Shown: positions 15,762 to 30,654 of the stretch, piece by piece
How the letters are laid out: every line of letters starts with the position of its first letter
Position numbering within the stretch: position 1 is the first letter of the stretch
Origin: Eledone cirrhosa
Taxonomy: Eukaryota
Length of the DNA: 64,000 nt
NCBI GenBank assembly: GCA_964016885.1
Contig: OZ024755.1
Coordinates: 8,866,001 to 8,930,000 of the forward strand
Reading direction: 5' to 3'
Position numbers and translations under genes: made by a program
Notes under the pieces: model-generated
Told to the model about the DNA's origin: nothing
The model's database searches: none
What the model saw: only the letters and a program-made list of their open reading frames with translations

Positions 15762-17409
15762 ATTTCTGTTTTCTGGTTCAGCAATGGATAGAACTGGTCA
15801 TTCCGTTTAGTTAACCATAATATAGTAATAGAAAAAGCACTGATATATATTTATATATATATGCCTGTTTGTGTGTGTGTGTTCGACTGGAGATCTCTGG
15901 AATTACGGCTCCTTGCGACAGAATCGCTCTCTCTAGTGTTACCAAGCAGTATGGATGCTATCATACACACACACACACACACACACGCACATATATATAT
16001 ATATATATATATTTGGCTTTTTGCTACAATGTTTTCTATACCTTTCATTTATATATATATATTTATATATATATATATATATACATATATATATGTTTTT
16101 TTTCCTGAGTCAGTTTTCTCGTTGCTTTGGTCCCTGCGGCTGGCTTACCGGTCGCTGTCTTCAATTTGCAAAGCTGTCTAAACGTAATGTTATAACTCTA
16201 AGGTAAAATACCTTATTGAGTGCTTAGCTGCACATTCCGATTGCATTCGTTAGCTTAGCTGCAGCCAGAGCTTCGATTTTGCTATACTTCCATTTGTACA
16301 TATATTTATATATATATATATATATATATATTGTAATACATTGTAACTGTATCGATTTTAAACTTTGCCTTATATATATGTTTTATTTCTGTGTTGGTAT
16401 GCTTGTGGTCCGGATATAAATCACCATCATCACAATCAACATCACTATCATTGCTACCATCAGCATCACAACTACCACCATCATCATCATCAACATCATC
16501 CTCACCATCGTTATCATCAACACCATCACTATCATTGCTGTCGATGACGTCATCATCTATCTAACCATAATCACGTGCTCACTATTTCCCGCGTTATAAA
16601 GTAGATTTTGTTGAGATTGCTTTCCTTAATTTTCTCATTTTTTTTTTTTTTTTTTGTCACTAGCGACTTCTTAATCTTGCAAAGCAATTAATTTCGAGTA
16701 AATTAGTCTTATTGTGCGCTCTGTTGTCAACGTAGATTTAATATTGATCGATTATCGATACAATTTTTTTCTATTTTTTTTTCATTAGCCAACGTTAGGC
16801 CCAATATATATTTGCCAAACTTGAAATGAAAATCAATCCTATTGCGTAATGAACCATATATCATTTCCAGGACGATTCCTATATATTAGCTTAGCAAATT
16901 ATCGACGCAAATATAGTTTTTGTTGTTGTTGTGTTTTGTTTATTTGTTTTACACATATTTAACCCTCTCATTTACATATTACTAGGTAAATAAATATAAT
17001 TTTTATGAGAGAACAAAACACATAAACTATTTATTTACTCAACTGAGATAATTACAGTCCAATAGATTATTACAACCATTAAATGAACACAGCATGACCA
17101 AATGATTAAGTTCGCTTAGCAATCAAAAGAGCTTGAGTTCCAACCCACCATGAGGCATTTTTTGGTGTCATTCATCATAGCGACCGTTCCACCTAGAATT
17201 TGTTAGTGAAATTCGGTAGATAGAGACTATATGGAATCCCTGTTAGATTGATGGACTGTACCTGCAAATTAATGGATAAGGCGTGTAATGCATTTTGTCA
17301 CACTGGCAGAGTTCGAATTGTGGCTTTGTTGTCAGGTTGTGCTTCTGTCACCCCCGGTCCAATATACAGCTCTCGAAGCTTCAGCTTTTAAGACACGCGC
17401 GATAACACA

Positions 17410-18014
17410 AACAGCATCATCATCACCATCACTAACGTAATACATAACATCACCACCGACAACACCACCACCACCATAACAACCAACACCATTTTCAACA
17501 TCACCACCATCAACACTACCACCACCACCACCACCATTACCATCATGACCACCAATATTCCGACTATCAAAAAAACACTTCACATTCGCCAATACTCCTA
17601 CCTACTCCACCACCACCAATACCATCATCATCACCAGCACTAACATAATACATGAAATCACCACCGACAACACCACCATCATAACAACTAACACCATTAT
17701 AAAAACCACCACCATCAACACTACCACCACCATCAACACCACCATTACCCTCCTGACCAATACTCCTATCACCTCCACCACCACCAATAACATCATCATC
17801 ACCACCAATACACCCCCAGTACTCCCCCTCCACCATATACACTATACTATCTCCCCATTTTCGACCACGTTCTGGTATTTACAATGCTACACTGAATCAA
17901 ATATTACGTTAGAACAGTTCACTTGACTGTAAACCTTCAATATAGGAATTGCTGCTTAGCCCAGACCCTAGCTTTCCTTCTCTCTCCCTCTGTCTTCTTA
18001 TCTCTGTCTCTGTC

Positions 18015-18096
<82 letters not shown>

Positions 18097-18419
18097 TATT
18101 TATATATGTATCCTATTTTCTCTATGAATATATATGTTTATGTGTGTGTGTAAATCTATATTTCTCTTTCACTATCGAAATATTCCATAACCTCTCTCTC
18201 CTCTCTCTGTATCCCCACCCCCACCCCCACCCGTCTCTTTCTTTATTCTGTGTCTCTTTCTTTCGCCCTCTTTCTCTCTCACTCTCTTTCTATTTTTCTC
18301 TCTCCTCACTCATTTCCCCCTTCACTGGTCTACTCCTTATCCTAAATAACTCTTTTACTACCTCGCTTTTCCTCTCTCGCATTCTGGAATTTCCATTTCT
18401 TACCTTCTCTCTCTCCCTA

Positions 18420-18487
<68 letters not shown>

Positions 18488-19150
18488 TCTCTCTCTCTTC
18501 TCTGAATTAATTTTCCAACAATCCGTTATCGTTACGGTTATCATCACCAGCCCTATAATTCCAATCACAATCATCACCACTATCAACATCTGAACCAAGC
18601 AGTAGTTTCTACCAACCTCACAACCACAGTCACAATCAACACTACCACTACTAACAACACCACCATCGCCACTAATAACACCACCATCATCACCAACAAC
18701 AACACCTCTAATACACCCTACACGGGCATCACCAGCATTAACACCAACACCAACAATGCCCCACCAACAACACCACTATAAACAACGCCATCACTAACAG
18801 CAACAACGTAAGATCTAATATCAATAACACAACCACTAACACTACCAATACCACCACCACCACCAAAAACAACAACAACACTAACAACACCACCACCACC
18901 TCAAACATCAACACCACCACCACCACTAACAATGATATTATCAACATTACGATCATCACTAATAACATCAGCAACACCAACACCATCACCACCACCATCA
19001 CCACCACCAAAGCCACCACCAGCAACAACAACAACAACAACAACAACACTACCAGCACCAACACCATCACCACCACAGCCACCAAAAAACAACAACAACA
19101 ACACCACCACCATCACCACCACCATCACCACCACCAAAGCCACCACCAGC

Positions 19151-19181
<31 letters not shown>

Positions 19182-19745
19182 CTACCAGCACCAACACCAT
19201 CACCACCACCGCCACCAAAAAACAACAACAACAACAACAACACTACCAGCACCAACACCATCACCACCACAGCCACCAAAAAACAACAACAACAACACCA
19301 CCACCATCACCACCACCATCACCACCACCATCACCACCACCAAAGCCACCACCAGCAACAACAACAACAACAACAACAACAACAGCAACAACAACAACAA
19401 CGACAACACTACCAGCACCAACACCATCACCACCACCGCCACCAAAAACAACAACAACAACAACAACAACAACACTACCAACACCACCACCACCACCAGC
19501 AACAACGATATTATCAACATTACGATCATCACCAATAACATCAGCAACACCACCACCATCACCACCAACCAAAACCACCACCAGCAACAACAACAACAAC
19601 AGCAGCATATCCATCAGCCATACCAACCCTTCACCGACCAATTTCACAACACTCATTATTCGTTCATCTCCCTATGTCCAATGTGCTGGAAGGCAAGAGT
19701 AACAACAACAGCAACAACAGTTAAAATAACAACAGTCACAGCAAT
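17410..19745. repeat. (CAC/CAA/CAT)-rich low-complexity region with higher-order duplications and (CT)n tracts
   Basis: Trinucleotide mosaics with repeated blocks, e.g. 17415-17545/17625-17750 and 18930-18975/19505-19550. Confidence 0.85.
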
Positions 19746-20006
19746 ATTAAGTGCTGAAAAATCTATGAGACAAGTAACTGTGAGAGGTTTAGAGAACGGT
19801 AGAGAGGTCATTCAAGGGAGGCAATCCATATATTCATCTACTGCACATTACTAACTATATACTAGCTGCATAATTATTTCGGTTATTTTACGAGATTGTC
19901 TATAGCATTTCTTGATTTTGGGAGGAGTTGCTATTGAAAATTTAGCTTTAATATATATATATATATTAAAGCTAAATTGTATGTATATATATATATATAT
20001 AAAAGC

Positions 20007-20057
<51 letters not shown>

Positions 20058-20181
20058 GTATATTTATACACACACGCACACACACACACACACACACACT
20101 CACTCACATATATATCTACTATCCACGACGCAGAGTACTCACAACCTCTAACTGGATTCCCTATAACGATAACTTGTTATC

Positions 20182-20265
<84 letters not shown>

Positions 20266-20440
20266 AGATCAAAACATGGTTAAATGAGTTCCATGTATTT
20301 TATTATGCGCATTTCAAAAACAAATATCATCATGCAATAACATTTGTGTTTTCATCAGATAAAATAGGAGGACATGATATGAAGGTTAAAAACACTTGTG
20401 GATAGTGCAGTTTTAAATCAACATATGAAAAGTAGTTTTA

Positions 20441-20497
<57 letters not shown>

Positions 20498-20631
20498 CAC
20501 TCACCATTATTTATATTTACCATCAATATATTCAGGGAAGGCTTTGTGATGAGGGTGATGAAAACGACGACGATGTAGACGATCGCAGTGTCGATTATAA
20601 TCATGGTGAAGAGGACGACGATAAAAATAAT

Positions 20632-20693
20632 TTTTTCTACTTTAGGCACAAGGCCAGCAATTACCCAGTGCATTACTGGTAGTTTATTTTATC
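20632..20693 (-). mobile_element. 5'-truncated family A SINE with 18-bp TSD
   Basis: GACGACGATAAAAATAAT at 20614-20631 and 20694-20711. Confidence 0.8.
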
Positions 20694-20808
20694 GACGACG
20701 ATAAAAATAATGACATTATTTTGTAGTAATAACTATTATAGTAACAAAAAAATAATAAAGAATATATATATATATACATGTATGTAAGTGTGTATATATA
20801 TATGTATG

Positions 20809-20856
<48 letters not shown>

Positions 20857-21034
20857 CGTATATATATATATATATACGTATACATACATATATATATATA
20901 TATATCATATATATTATATATATTATATATATATATTATATATATTATATATTATATATATATATTATATATATTATATATATATTATATATAATATATA
21001 TATATATATAATATATATAATATATATATATATA

Positions 21035-21103
<69 letters not shown>

Positions 21104-21180
21104 ATATAATATATATAATATATATAATATAATATATATAATATATATTATATATATATATATATATATGTATGTATACG

Positions 21181-21258
<78 letters not shown>

Positions 21259-21796
21259 TATATACACATATATATGTGTGTATATGATTATATATTATAT
21301 ATATAGTGTTCAAGTTTTCAACATAGCCAATAATAAACAAACACCAGCAACAACAACATTGATAATAGTAATAATAATAATAATTATTATTATTATTATT
21401 ATTATTACAATAATGAAATCATTATTGTTATTATTATTATTATTATTATTATTGTTACTATTAATATTTTGTTCTTTTTATTATTTTTATCATTATTATT
21501 ATCATCATCATTATCATTATTATTGTAGCAATAGCAATAACAACAGCAATAAAAACAGTAGCTATAATAATAAGGAAAATCGTTACTAAAATTCAATTTT
21601 CAGTAATTTCTTGGAAATGGTTTTTCCAGAAGATTGAAGACATGTAGTAGAATCCTGTAGAAATCGATTGAAAACCCTCATTCCATTCAAAATGGCGGCT
21701 AATTTTCAGTTATCTTCTCGTATGGAGCAAGCGAAACCTTAGCTATAAATATGTACTTCCCCTTTTTCGATTAGTTAAACAAAATACACACACACC

Positions 21797-21857
<61 letters not shown>

Positions 21858-22018
21858 GTATATATATATATATAGAGAGAGAGAGAGATATGCGTGTGTG
21901 TGTGAGTGTACGTGTACATATATACAAACAGATACATACAATAGTCATACATATACATGTCAATACATATTCACTTCAATAGACTTATATACATACATAC
22001 TTTCACACACACTCATGC

Positions 22019-22067
<49 letters not shown>

Positions 22068-22070
22068 AAT

Positions 22071-22260
22071 AATTGTTTCTACTTTTGGCACAAGGCCAGC
22101 AATTACCCAGTGTATTACTGGTACTTTATTTTACCGACCCCATAAGGATGAAAAGCAAAGTTAACCTCGGCGGGATTTGAACTCAGAATGGCAAGGACCG
22201 TAACTCTATGCGTCAAAGCATGGCGTCCGACCCTCTAGCGATACTGCCAATCCTCCGCCC
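22071..22260 (-). mobile_element. Full-length family A SINE
   Basis: Reverse complement of the 5791/43781 copies. Its 5' end abuts the telomeric array. Confidence 0.88.
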
Positions 22261-22500
22261 GTTAGGGTTAGGGTTAGGGTTAGGGTTAGGATCAGGGTTA
22301 GAGTTAGGGTTAGGGTTAGCGTTAGGGTTAGGGTTGGGTTAGGGTTAGGGTTAGGGTTAGGGTTAGAGTTAGGGTTAGGGTTAGAGTTAGGGTTAGGGTT
22401 AGCGTTAGAGTTAGGGTTATGGTTAGGGTTAGGGTTAAGGTTAGAGTTAGGGTTAGGGTTAGGGTTAGGGTTAGAGTTAGGGTTAAGGTTAACGTTAGGT
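22261..22500 (+). repeat. Interstitial telomeric array (TTAGGG)n, about 40 units
   Basis: TTAGGG with TTAGAG/TTAGCG/TTATGG/TTAAGG variants. Confidence 0.95.
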
Positions 22501-22566
22501 TTATATATATAGATAATAATGATAATAAAAAGGACGATCTGGTATGCCTTCATTACGTTTATTGAG

Positions 22567-22654
22567 TAGTGATGCGCGTTTCGCTATTGATCAGCTCAAG
22601 GTTCGATCTGTATCGATCTAGCCCAACTCTGGATTCAAAAGCTCGTCGGACCTA
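22567..22654 (-). ncRNA. Degenerate hammerhead ribozyme with long stem II insert
   Basis: Minus strand reads taggt CCGACGA GCTTTTGA...TCAATAGC GAAA CGCG CA, then AATAAA. Two core substitutions, probably inactive. Confidence 0.5.
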
Positions 22655-22806
22655 TGTTCTGGTAATAGAAGAATTCTATACTCTTAAATATACACATAGA
22701 TATATATGTATGTATGTATGTGTCTGTGTGAGTGTTTGTATATATATATATATATTAATATTAAAATACAAATATTAATAAAATAGATGTTCTTTTGATC
22801 AATTAA

Positions 22807-22859
22807 ATTTTATTATACATATTTCAGAGGTACGACAGTACGTCCTCATCAGACAAAAT
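22807..22859 (-). ncRNA. Minimal type I hammerhead ribozyme (left arm of inverted repeat)
   Basis: Reverse-complement copy of 22947-22999: ATTTTGT CTGATGA ... GAAA TATGTA TA ATAAAAT. Confidence 0.75.
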
Positions 22860-22946
22860 ATAATGATACATGACATACCTTGAGATGGTAGTACCTTGAT
22901 TAAATCTTAACCATTTAACATCTCAAGGTATGTCATGTATCATTAT

Positions 22947-22999
22947 ATTTTGTCTGATGAGGACGTACTGTTGTACCTCTGAAATACGTATAATAAAAT
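22947..22999 (+). ncRNA. Minimal type I hammerhead ribozyme (right arm of inverted repeat)
   Basis: Stem I ATTTTGT/ATAAAAT; core CTGATGA (22954-22960); stem II GGACGTAC/GTACCTCT; GAAA; 2-bp stem III with palindromic ACGT loop; AUA cleavage triplet ending at 22992. Confidence 0.8.
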
Positions 23000-23146
23000 T
23001 TAATTGATCAAAAGAACATCTATTTTATTAATATTTGAATTTTAATATTAATAACTCTGGAAAAAAATGTTTTTTTAAACTGTCGAGTGCTTCCAATCTA
23101 CTGTAAAACTCATTCTTTGATGTACTCATTGAATCTTGTTTAACTC

Positions 23147-23297
<151 letters not shown>

Positions 23298-23338
23298 CGA
23301 AACATAAGTCAATTGCATGAACTCATAATCCTTTATTT

Positions 23339-23394
23339 ACTGCTATATATATTTCGATGATAGCCATTGAATGGCTATGGCCTCATCAGGCAGT
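23339..23394 (-). ncRNA. Minimal type I hammerhead ribozyme
   Basis: Minus strand reads ACTGC CTGATGA GGCCATAGCCAT-TCA-ATGGCTATCATC GAAA TATATA TA GCAGT. Perfect 5-bp stem I, 8-bp perfect stem II core, AATAAA just downstream. Confidence 0.82.
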
Positions 23395-24087
23395 TAGTCA
23401 GTTCTTAGATATGCCAGCTCTGTGTTTATGGTGTTGCTGGTATCAGAGCCTTGGGACATATATATATGGACACACGTATATATGTGCGTTTGTACAAATA
23501 TGAGTGTGTGTGCGTGTGTGGGCGTCTGTGTGTGTGTACGAGTATAGAATTCTTGTATTTCAATATACATTGTCTTGATATGTCACTAATAGAAAACATA
23601 CAACTATAAAGATTTTCATAAATACATAAATATATCAACATAACTAATAGCAGTTATATGTCTGCATAGTCAGATTGTGAAAAAATACATGTTTATAGGA
23701 AACTGGATAAAATCTTCTTACATCACATATAAAATACAATGAGCACGCCTTTAGCTACCTACTGTGAGAAAACAATAACCAAAATGTTTTATTCCTTTTT
23801 CCGTATGAATACAAATATGTTCCAGTGAAGAAAATTGGTTTGTTATCTCGATATTATTGTTACCTCGAATTTGGACGTGGGAAATAGAAAATACAGATTG
23901 GTATGGCTATGTGGTTGAAGAGCTTGTTTTGTAACTTCATGGTTAATGTTTAGATCTCACTGCATGGCAACTTGGACGAGTATCTGCTACTAGAACCTTT
24001 GGCTACTCAGTAATTTGTGAACAGACTTTGGTAGATTGATATTGCAGAAGTACGCCTGATATATATATGTATATATATATATAAATA

Positions 24088-24343
<256 letters not shown>

Positions 24344-25233
24344 GGACATAGGAGTGTCTATTTGTATTTTGTGCCGTATATGTTTTAGATACCAGATTTG
24401 AAAATTGCATATTGGTGGTCGATATGATCGACTAAATCTCTTCGAAAATGTGCCACAGCACGGCCAAAGTTTAGTGACTGAAATGAGAAAAAAAAATAAA
24501 AGATAAAAATGTGTTTTTTTCATATGTTGTTCCAGAAAACTCCACAATATAATAAGAAGCCGATATTTCTGTCACCATGTGTGATAATAATATGGAAATG
24601 AATGAATGAATATTTATACTTGCCAGTCTTTGTGTTGTGTTCTGTATTTGCTTCGTAGTGAAGATTCGTAGCTTAGTGGTTAAAGTGTTCATGTCAAGAC
24701 GTAAGGCCGTAGCCTCGGCGCCTAAAATTGCGTTGAGTCTTTCAGTGAGAGATTTTACTACACCTTGCTCCATTCCATTCCCCTCAGCTGACAAAAATAA
24801 GTTATAACTATAGTTAAAAGGGTCAACAACTATATGACACACTGTTTCAAACTGAATCTACCTGAGACCTAGACATGGCAATCGTATACACAACCACTTG
24901 CACGTAGATTTCACGAGCATGATATTCTGATGTTTGTAGAATCAAAGCAGTCATCACCAGTACTGACGGAGGTCCTTCAACTTATTAGCGTAATTTCTGT
25001 TTGTTTTATTGCTGTTGCTTCTATCTGTTCTGTGTAAAAACTATTGTTGTCGTCACCTGCAGTAGACAATAGATTATTTTGGAATATAATTGGGTTGCAC
25101 AGAAATGAAACGGAAATATTTCTTACGGTTATGTTTTTCTCTCTATTCTTTCTGGGTTATTTCTTCTTTTTCAATATGGGAATCTAATTACACAGATATT
25201 GCATATAAAATAAATAAGTGTAAATATATATGT

Positions 25234-25271
<38 letters not shown>

Positions 25272-25287
25272 ACAAACATACACACAC

Positions 25288-25327
<40 letters not shown>

Positions 25328-26824
25328 TTGTGTGTGTGTGTATGTATGTATTTGAATATATGTATTTATTTATAGTTAAATAGATCGATGGCATGGTAGA
25401 TAGATACATGTGTACATAAAGATATATTTATTATTTATGTATGTGTGTGTATATGTGTGTGTGTGCTAGAGGGATTGAGCATGCGAGGTTTAACATGCCC
25501 AAGATTCACTGAATGTTACGAAGGCATCCCTATACCACTATTGGAAGTTATGGGATCGATGAACAGTGAATATAGGGATCAGTTTCTATCATCAGCAAGA
25601 AATTATCGATTTCGTTATTCAAGAAAGATTTCAAAATAAAACAAGATCCAAAGTTACAGAACACAGAAAAAAGTGAAACTGACATCATGAAGTTAATAGA
25701 AGAGTTATTTTCTGAAAGGATTTGCCTTGCCAAATCCCTTTTCCCATCAACTTGCCAAAGACCTTTTGGTTGTCATGGGAACGGCATTGTCTGTTTCGTA
25801 TAAAACAAATTGTAGTGGTATGGGTCCTTCATACATACAATTCTTTCCTAAATGTTATGATATATATGTGTATAGTTTTCTTTTTTTCTCTTTTTACAGC
25901 AGCATTATCTAAGCTACTCGTTAAAGCATTCTTTAAAAGAACTTAAATATCTCTAAAGAGCGACATATTAGTGTATTTGTGTTGCAGTTATTTTCGTTTT
26001 GTTTGTGTGATTGTTTCTTTTCTATTGTTAACACTCATGAATAGATACTTCTCGTGGCGAAATAAATTCTCTTAAGGATTCATTCTTTGTCTACTGATTC
26101 ACATCATGTTATTCCATTTATTCCATAACAGTCCAGTCCAGTGCAAGATTCTCTCAGTATATTCTCGTCAAATAAGCATTATCAAAAAGAAAAAAAATCT
26201 CTGATCCAGACCTGAGGCAAAAATCTAAGGAAGAAGTAAACTTCAGTACAGCTCTCTCGTTATATTTCTGAAATAAATCAATACCTATAAAATAGCACTC
26301 ATCTGAAGTGTGGAGACAATGTGTCAAAATTTATTCTATGTATGCATTTTCTTTTTCTTACTAATCTTTTTTTTTTTTTTACTGGAGTAGAAAAAGAGTG
26401 AATTCAATTTGATTGCTTAAGACATATGATATTTTCTCAGAGCACCTTCTTTGTATGATAATTGGTAAGGTATGTCTCTGGCAAATACATAATGGGTGGA
26501 CTTTCCTGTCAAGTTGCCACTTCTTTTGTCATATTCATTTTATGTTTTCTTCAACTTTTATATAGCTACTAACCATCTCATATAGATATCAGAACCTAAG
26601 AAAGAGAACTTTGAGGGGAGGATATTACGTGTATATATGTTGCCCTCACCACTTATCTGTAAAACTGCAAACAAATGCAATATTTGCTTTTTACGGTGCA
26701 ACATAAAGAAGAAATTTCAAAACTGAAATTTTTTCAATTGTATTTCTGATATATACGAATCAAAATGATTTCAACAAGTATTCAAAACAGACTTCAGTTC
26801 AATATCTCTCTTTATCTCTCTCTC

Positions 26825-26897
<73 letters not shown>

Positions 26898-27081
26898 ATG
26901 TATATATATATTATATATATATATATATATTTTATAGTGGAAAGAGAAAACAAAAAAAAAAAAACGTGGAAGCGAAGAGGCAGTACAAAATGTTAATATT
27001 AGTTTCACGCTTGATATGTATAAATATGTGGGGATATGTATAAATATGTATATATATATATATATATATACGTATATATAT

Positions 27082-27204
<123 letters not shown>

Positions 27205-27450
27205 TTGAATAGTAAATATATATGCATGTGTGTATATGAAATATGAATTTATGCACTTGTCTATACATATATACGTATACATGAATATATAAATACTTAC
27301 TAGTCGTATATGAGTTTATATATCTATGATATATGTGTGTGTGAGTCTGTATGTGTGTAAAACCTAGTTTAGACATGTACATATATTTATATATATATAT
27401 GTATATACATACATATATATATATATATATATGTATTGAGTTTATTTGCA

Positions 27451-27483
<33 letters not shown>

Positions 27484-28232
27484 CAAAACCGACATTTTTT
27501 CAATATGTCTTTTGGCTGATTCTAACAACATATAAGGCTTTACATCTCGTTTCCTTTTAAGAAAATTCCTAATCCTGAATATTAGAAGCTTTTGATAATA
27601 TATAATATATCCTGGGCGATAAGATGATGTTAACATTTCCCTTTATTTTCTGCAGGGTAGGATAAAATACACGACTTGAGAAGAGCTATAAAAATATCAA
27701 CGGTAGCTACCTATAGCACAATGAAAGCTCAGTCTATACCTAGAATATATATTTCTTAGAGGAATTGAAAGTACAATATCTCACAATTCCATATTTAAGC
27801 ATGGTCCATGAAGAATATGTGTTGCTATTTATGGTCATGATGATTGATACCACAAACTCTGTGTACCCACCTTAAGCATTATATGACTGGCCTAATCACT
27901 AACTTCTGCTCAAACACGTTATTTTAACCATAAGGCAAACAAACTGGCTAGTTTCATCTGGGAGGAAAACAAAATGTCAGCTAGTACGATAATTTTCAAA
28001 TGAGATTTACCTGGGCAATCATCGTATAGAAGGATGCATTCAATTCTCTGAACCAAATGTAGAGTGTAAATAAGTAGAAGGAGGTGCATGGGTGTGTATT
28101 GAAATATGAAAATCTAAAGTATACTTTTTCGGTAAATAAAGTGTTTACTCTTCACATCAACGTTAAAATATGTTTAGTTAAAAATAGTATAACCATACAT
28201 TTGAAATTAAGAGCTGTCAAATGCATTATGAA

Positions 28233-28288
<56 letters not shown>

Positions 28289-28349
28289 GAAAGGTATAGA
28301 AATTGTTGTAGCGAGAAGCTAACAGTATTTCATAACATGGAATAACATA

Positions 28350-28441
<92 letters not shown>

Positions 28442-28477
28442 AATAGATGGATAGTTAGATATTTGTGTATTTGTATG

Positions 28478-28518
<41 letters not shown>

Positions 28519-29250
28519 ATAAAATTGAAACAGACGCATTACACACACTCACGCCTACATTCAGACGCATACATATATATATATATATATATATACATAT
28601 CTGTATGTGTGTGTATGTGTGTATGTGTATATATGTGTGTAATTATTTACGATCTGATTTATTATACCCCTTCAGGTGTCAAAGAATATCAAACGGCTTA
28701 CTCATCGATATTTGTTTAGTGATAAAATCAATAAAACAATTGAAGATTATTGAACGTAGAATTGCAATCACGTGACGTAAATACGAGATAACAATATTGT
28801 GGAAAAAATAGTTTTTCACTCAAAAATAGGATTTTTCTGTGTAACGTATGAACCAGTTTTATTCAATATTTGTGGAGGGGAAGTTGTGGAGTGTGTGTCT
28901 GTGTCTATGTGTGTATCTGTGTGTGTGTTTGTGTGTCTGTGTCTATGTGTGCGTCTGTGTGTGTGTATGGGTGTGTGTGTCTCTGTGTGTATATGTGTCT
29001 GTGTCTGTGTGTGTGTGTGTCTGTGTTGTGTGTATATGTGTCTGTGTATGTGTGTGTGTCTGTGTGTGTATCTACAGGTGTGTGTGTCTATTTCTGTGTG
29101 TATGTATGTGTATGGAACTGTAAGTCTGAGTATGATTGTGTGTCAGTGTGTCTAAATGTATGTGTGATTGTGTGTCTTTGCGTTCTTTTGTTAAAGCCTT
29201 AAGTTAGAAAGATTAAGTAATTGTCTTAAATTAAAAAGTGTAATATGTTT

Positions 29251-29322
<72 letters not shown>

Positions 29323-29396
29323 TATAATTATATATATATATGTATGTATATGTATATGTATATATATATATATGTGTGTGTTTATATATATATATA

Positions 29397-29450
<54 letters not shown>

Positions 29451-29453
29451 TAT

Positions 29454-29904
29454 AGTAATAATAATAAATTTGAAGACTAAAATCCAAAGAGGGCTCGATA
29501 AGGATAAATATATATCAAATATATAAGAACCGTAGAGCAAATATTTATTAAAATAACAGATTAAATATATGTAAAGTTCTATTTAAATTGTTGGGATGCA
29601 ACAAGCAAATATTTTTATACCTGATATAAAGCACTCAACAAATAATTGCTTACAAATAACGGCTTATTTAAAAATATCCAATACAAATTTACATAATAGT
29701 ATAAATAAAGTTATAACCCCACTATCCAGGAGCTTCCAACAGTAATGGTTGCATTCTTTAAGGGTATGTCAATATTTATTTATAAAACTGCTCTATATTA
29801 TATTTTATCTGATGAAAGCACACCATAATTTAACTTGGTGTCCTTGAAATATGTATAATGAAATAAATATGGTTTTATAAATATAGTTTCCATTTGTTAA
29901 TATC

Positions 29905-29905
<1 letters not shown>
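29454..29905. mobile_element. Composite of Penelope-like pLTR/tail modules between (TA)n tracts
   Basis: 29454-29570 is near-identical to 15181-15295 and partly to 30571-30622. The rest is homologous to 3148-3412 and includes an HHR. Confidence 0.6.
29801..29865 (+). ncRNA. Minimal type I hammerhead ribozyme
   Basis: TATTTTAT CTGATGA AAGCACACCA...TGGTGTCCTT GAAA TATGTA TA ATGAAATA. 8-bp stem I, 9/10-bp stem II. Confidence 0.78.
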
Positions 29906-29996
<91 letters not shown>

Positions 29997-30316
29997 TAAT
30001 ATTAGAGTATATGATAGTGTATGAGTGTGGATGTTGGGTTTTATAAAGTGTAGCATGTCAATGAATGAACTGATGAGTGTGTATGTGGAATAATATCCAA
30101 ACGTGTTTTGTGTGTTTGTGCGTTGTTTGATGTGTGTGTACGTGTGTTTGGGCATGTGTGAGAGTTGAGTGCGTTCCTTTCTTTCACTAATCTTATAAAC
30201 ATGAGGCGTTGAACTAATATACCTAATATACCAACATTGCAAAAAATAATTCTCCTGGGTTGTTTTTTCCATGCAACTTTTCCGTTATATATATTTATAT
30301 ATATACATATATTTAT

Positions 30317-30368
<52 letters not shown>

Positions 30369-30434
30369 TATTCCAGCGAGATTTCGGACGCAGTTTCATC
30401 TTATGGATTTTCAACTCGAATGAATAGATTAACT

Positions 30435-30511
<77 letters not shown>

Positions 30512-30520
30512 CTCTTTCTG

Positions 30521-30575
<55 letters not shown>

Positions 30576-30618
30576 TAAAATAACAGATTAAAGTTTTAGT
30601 CTTCAATTTTATTATTAT

Positions 30619-30654
<36 letters not shown>

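Larger units (their letters stand above)
22753..23053. mobile_element. Inverted Penelope-like pseudo-LTR pair (135-bp arms, 31-bp spacer)
   Basis: 22753-22887 is the reverse complement of 22919-23053, with three mismatches by my reading. Each arm carries an HHR. The left end abuts (TA)n. Confidence 0.75.

Noticed and set aside
18932-19702. 256-aa Thr/Pro-rich mucin-like ORF
   Set aside because: Made of CAC/CAA trinucleotide mosaics that are open in many frames on both strands. No signal peptide, domain or splice support.
24471-24842. 123-aa minus-strand ORF with a plausible acceptor and helical-looking peptide
   Set aside because: It is the antisense of a degenerate family C SINE (24668-24980, colinear with 61612-61940), and no in-frame neighbouring exon was found.
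25460-25820. Coding-like decayed sequence
   Set aside because: Stops and frameshifts with no family motif I can name. Possibly an old transposon remnant.
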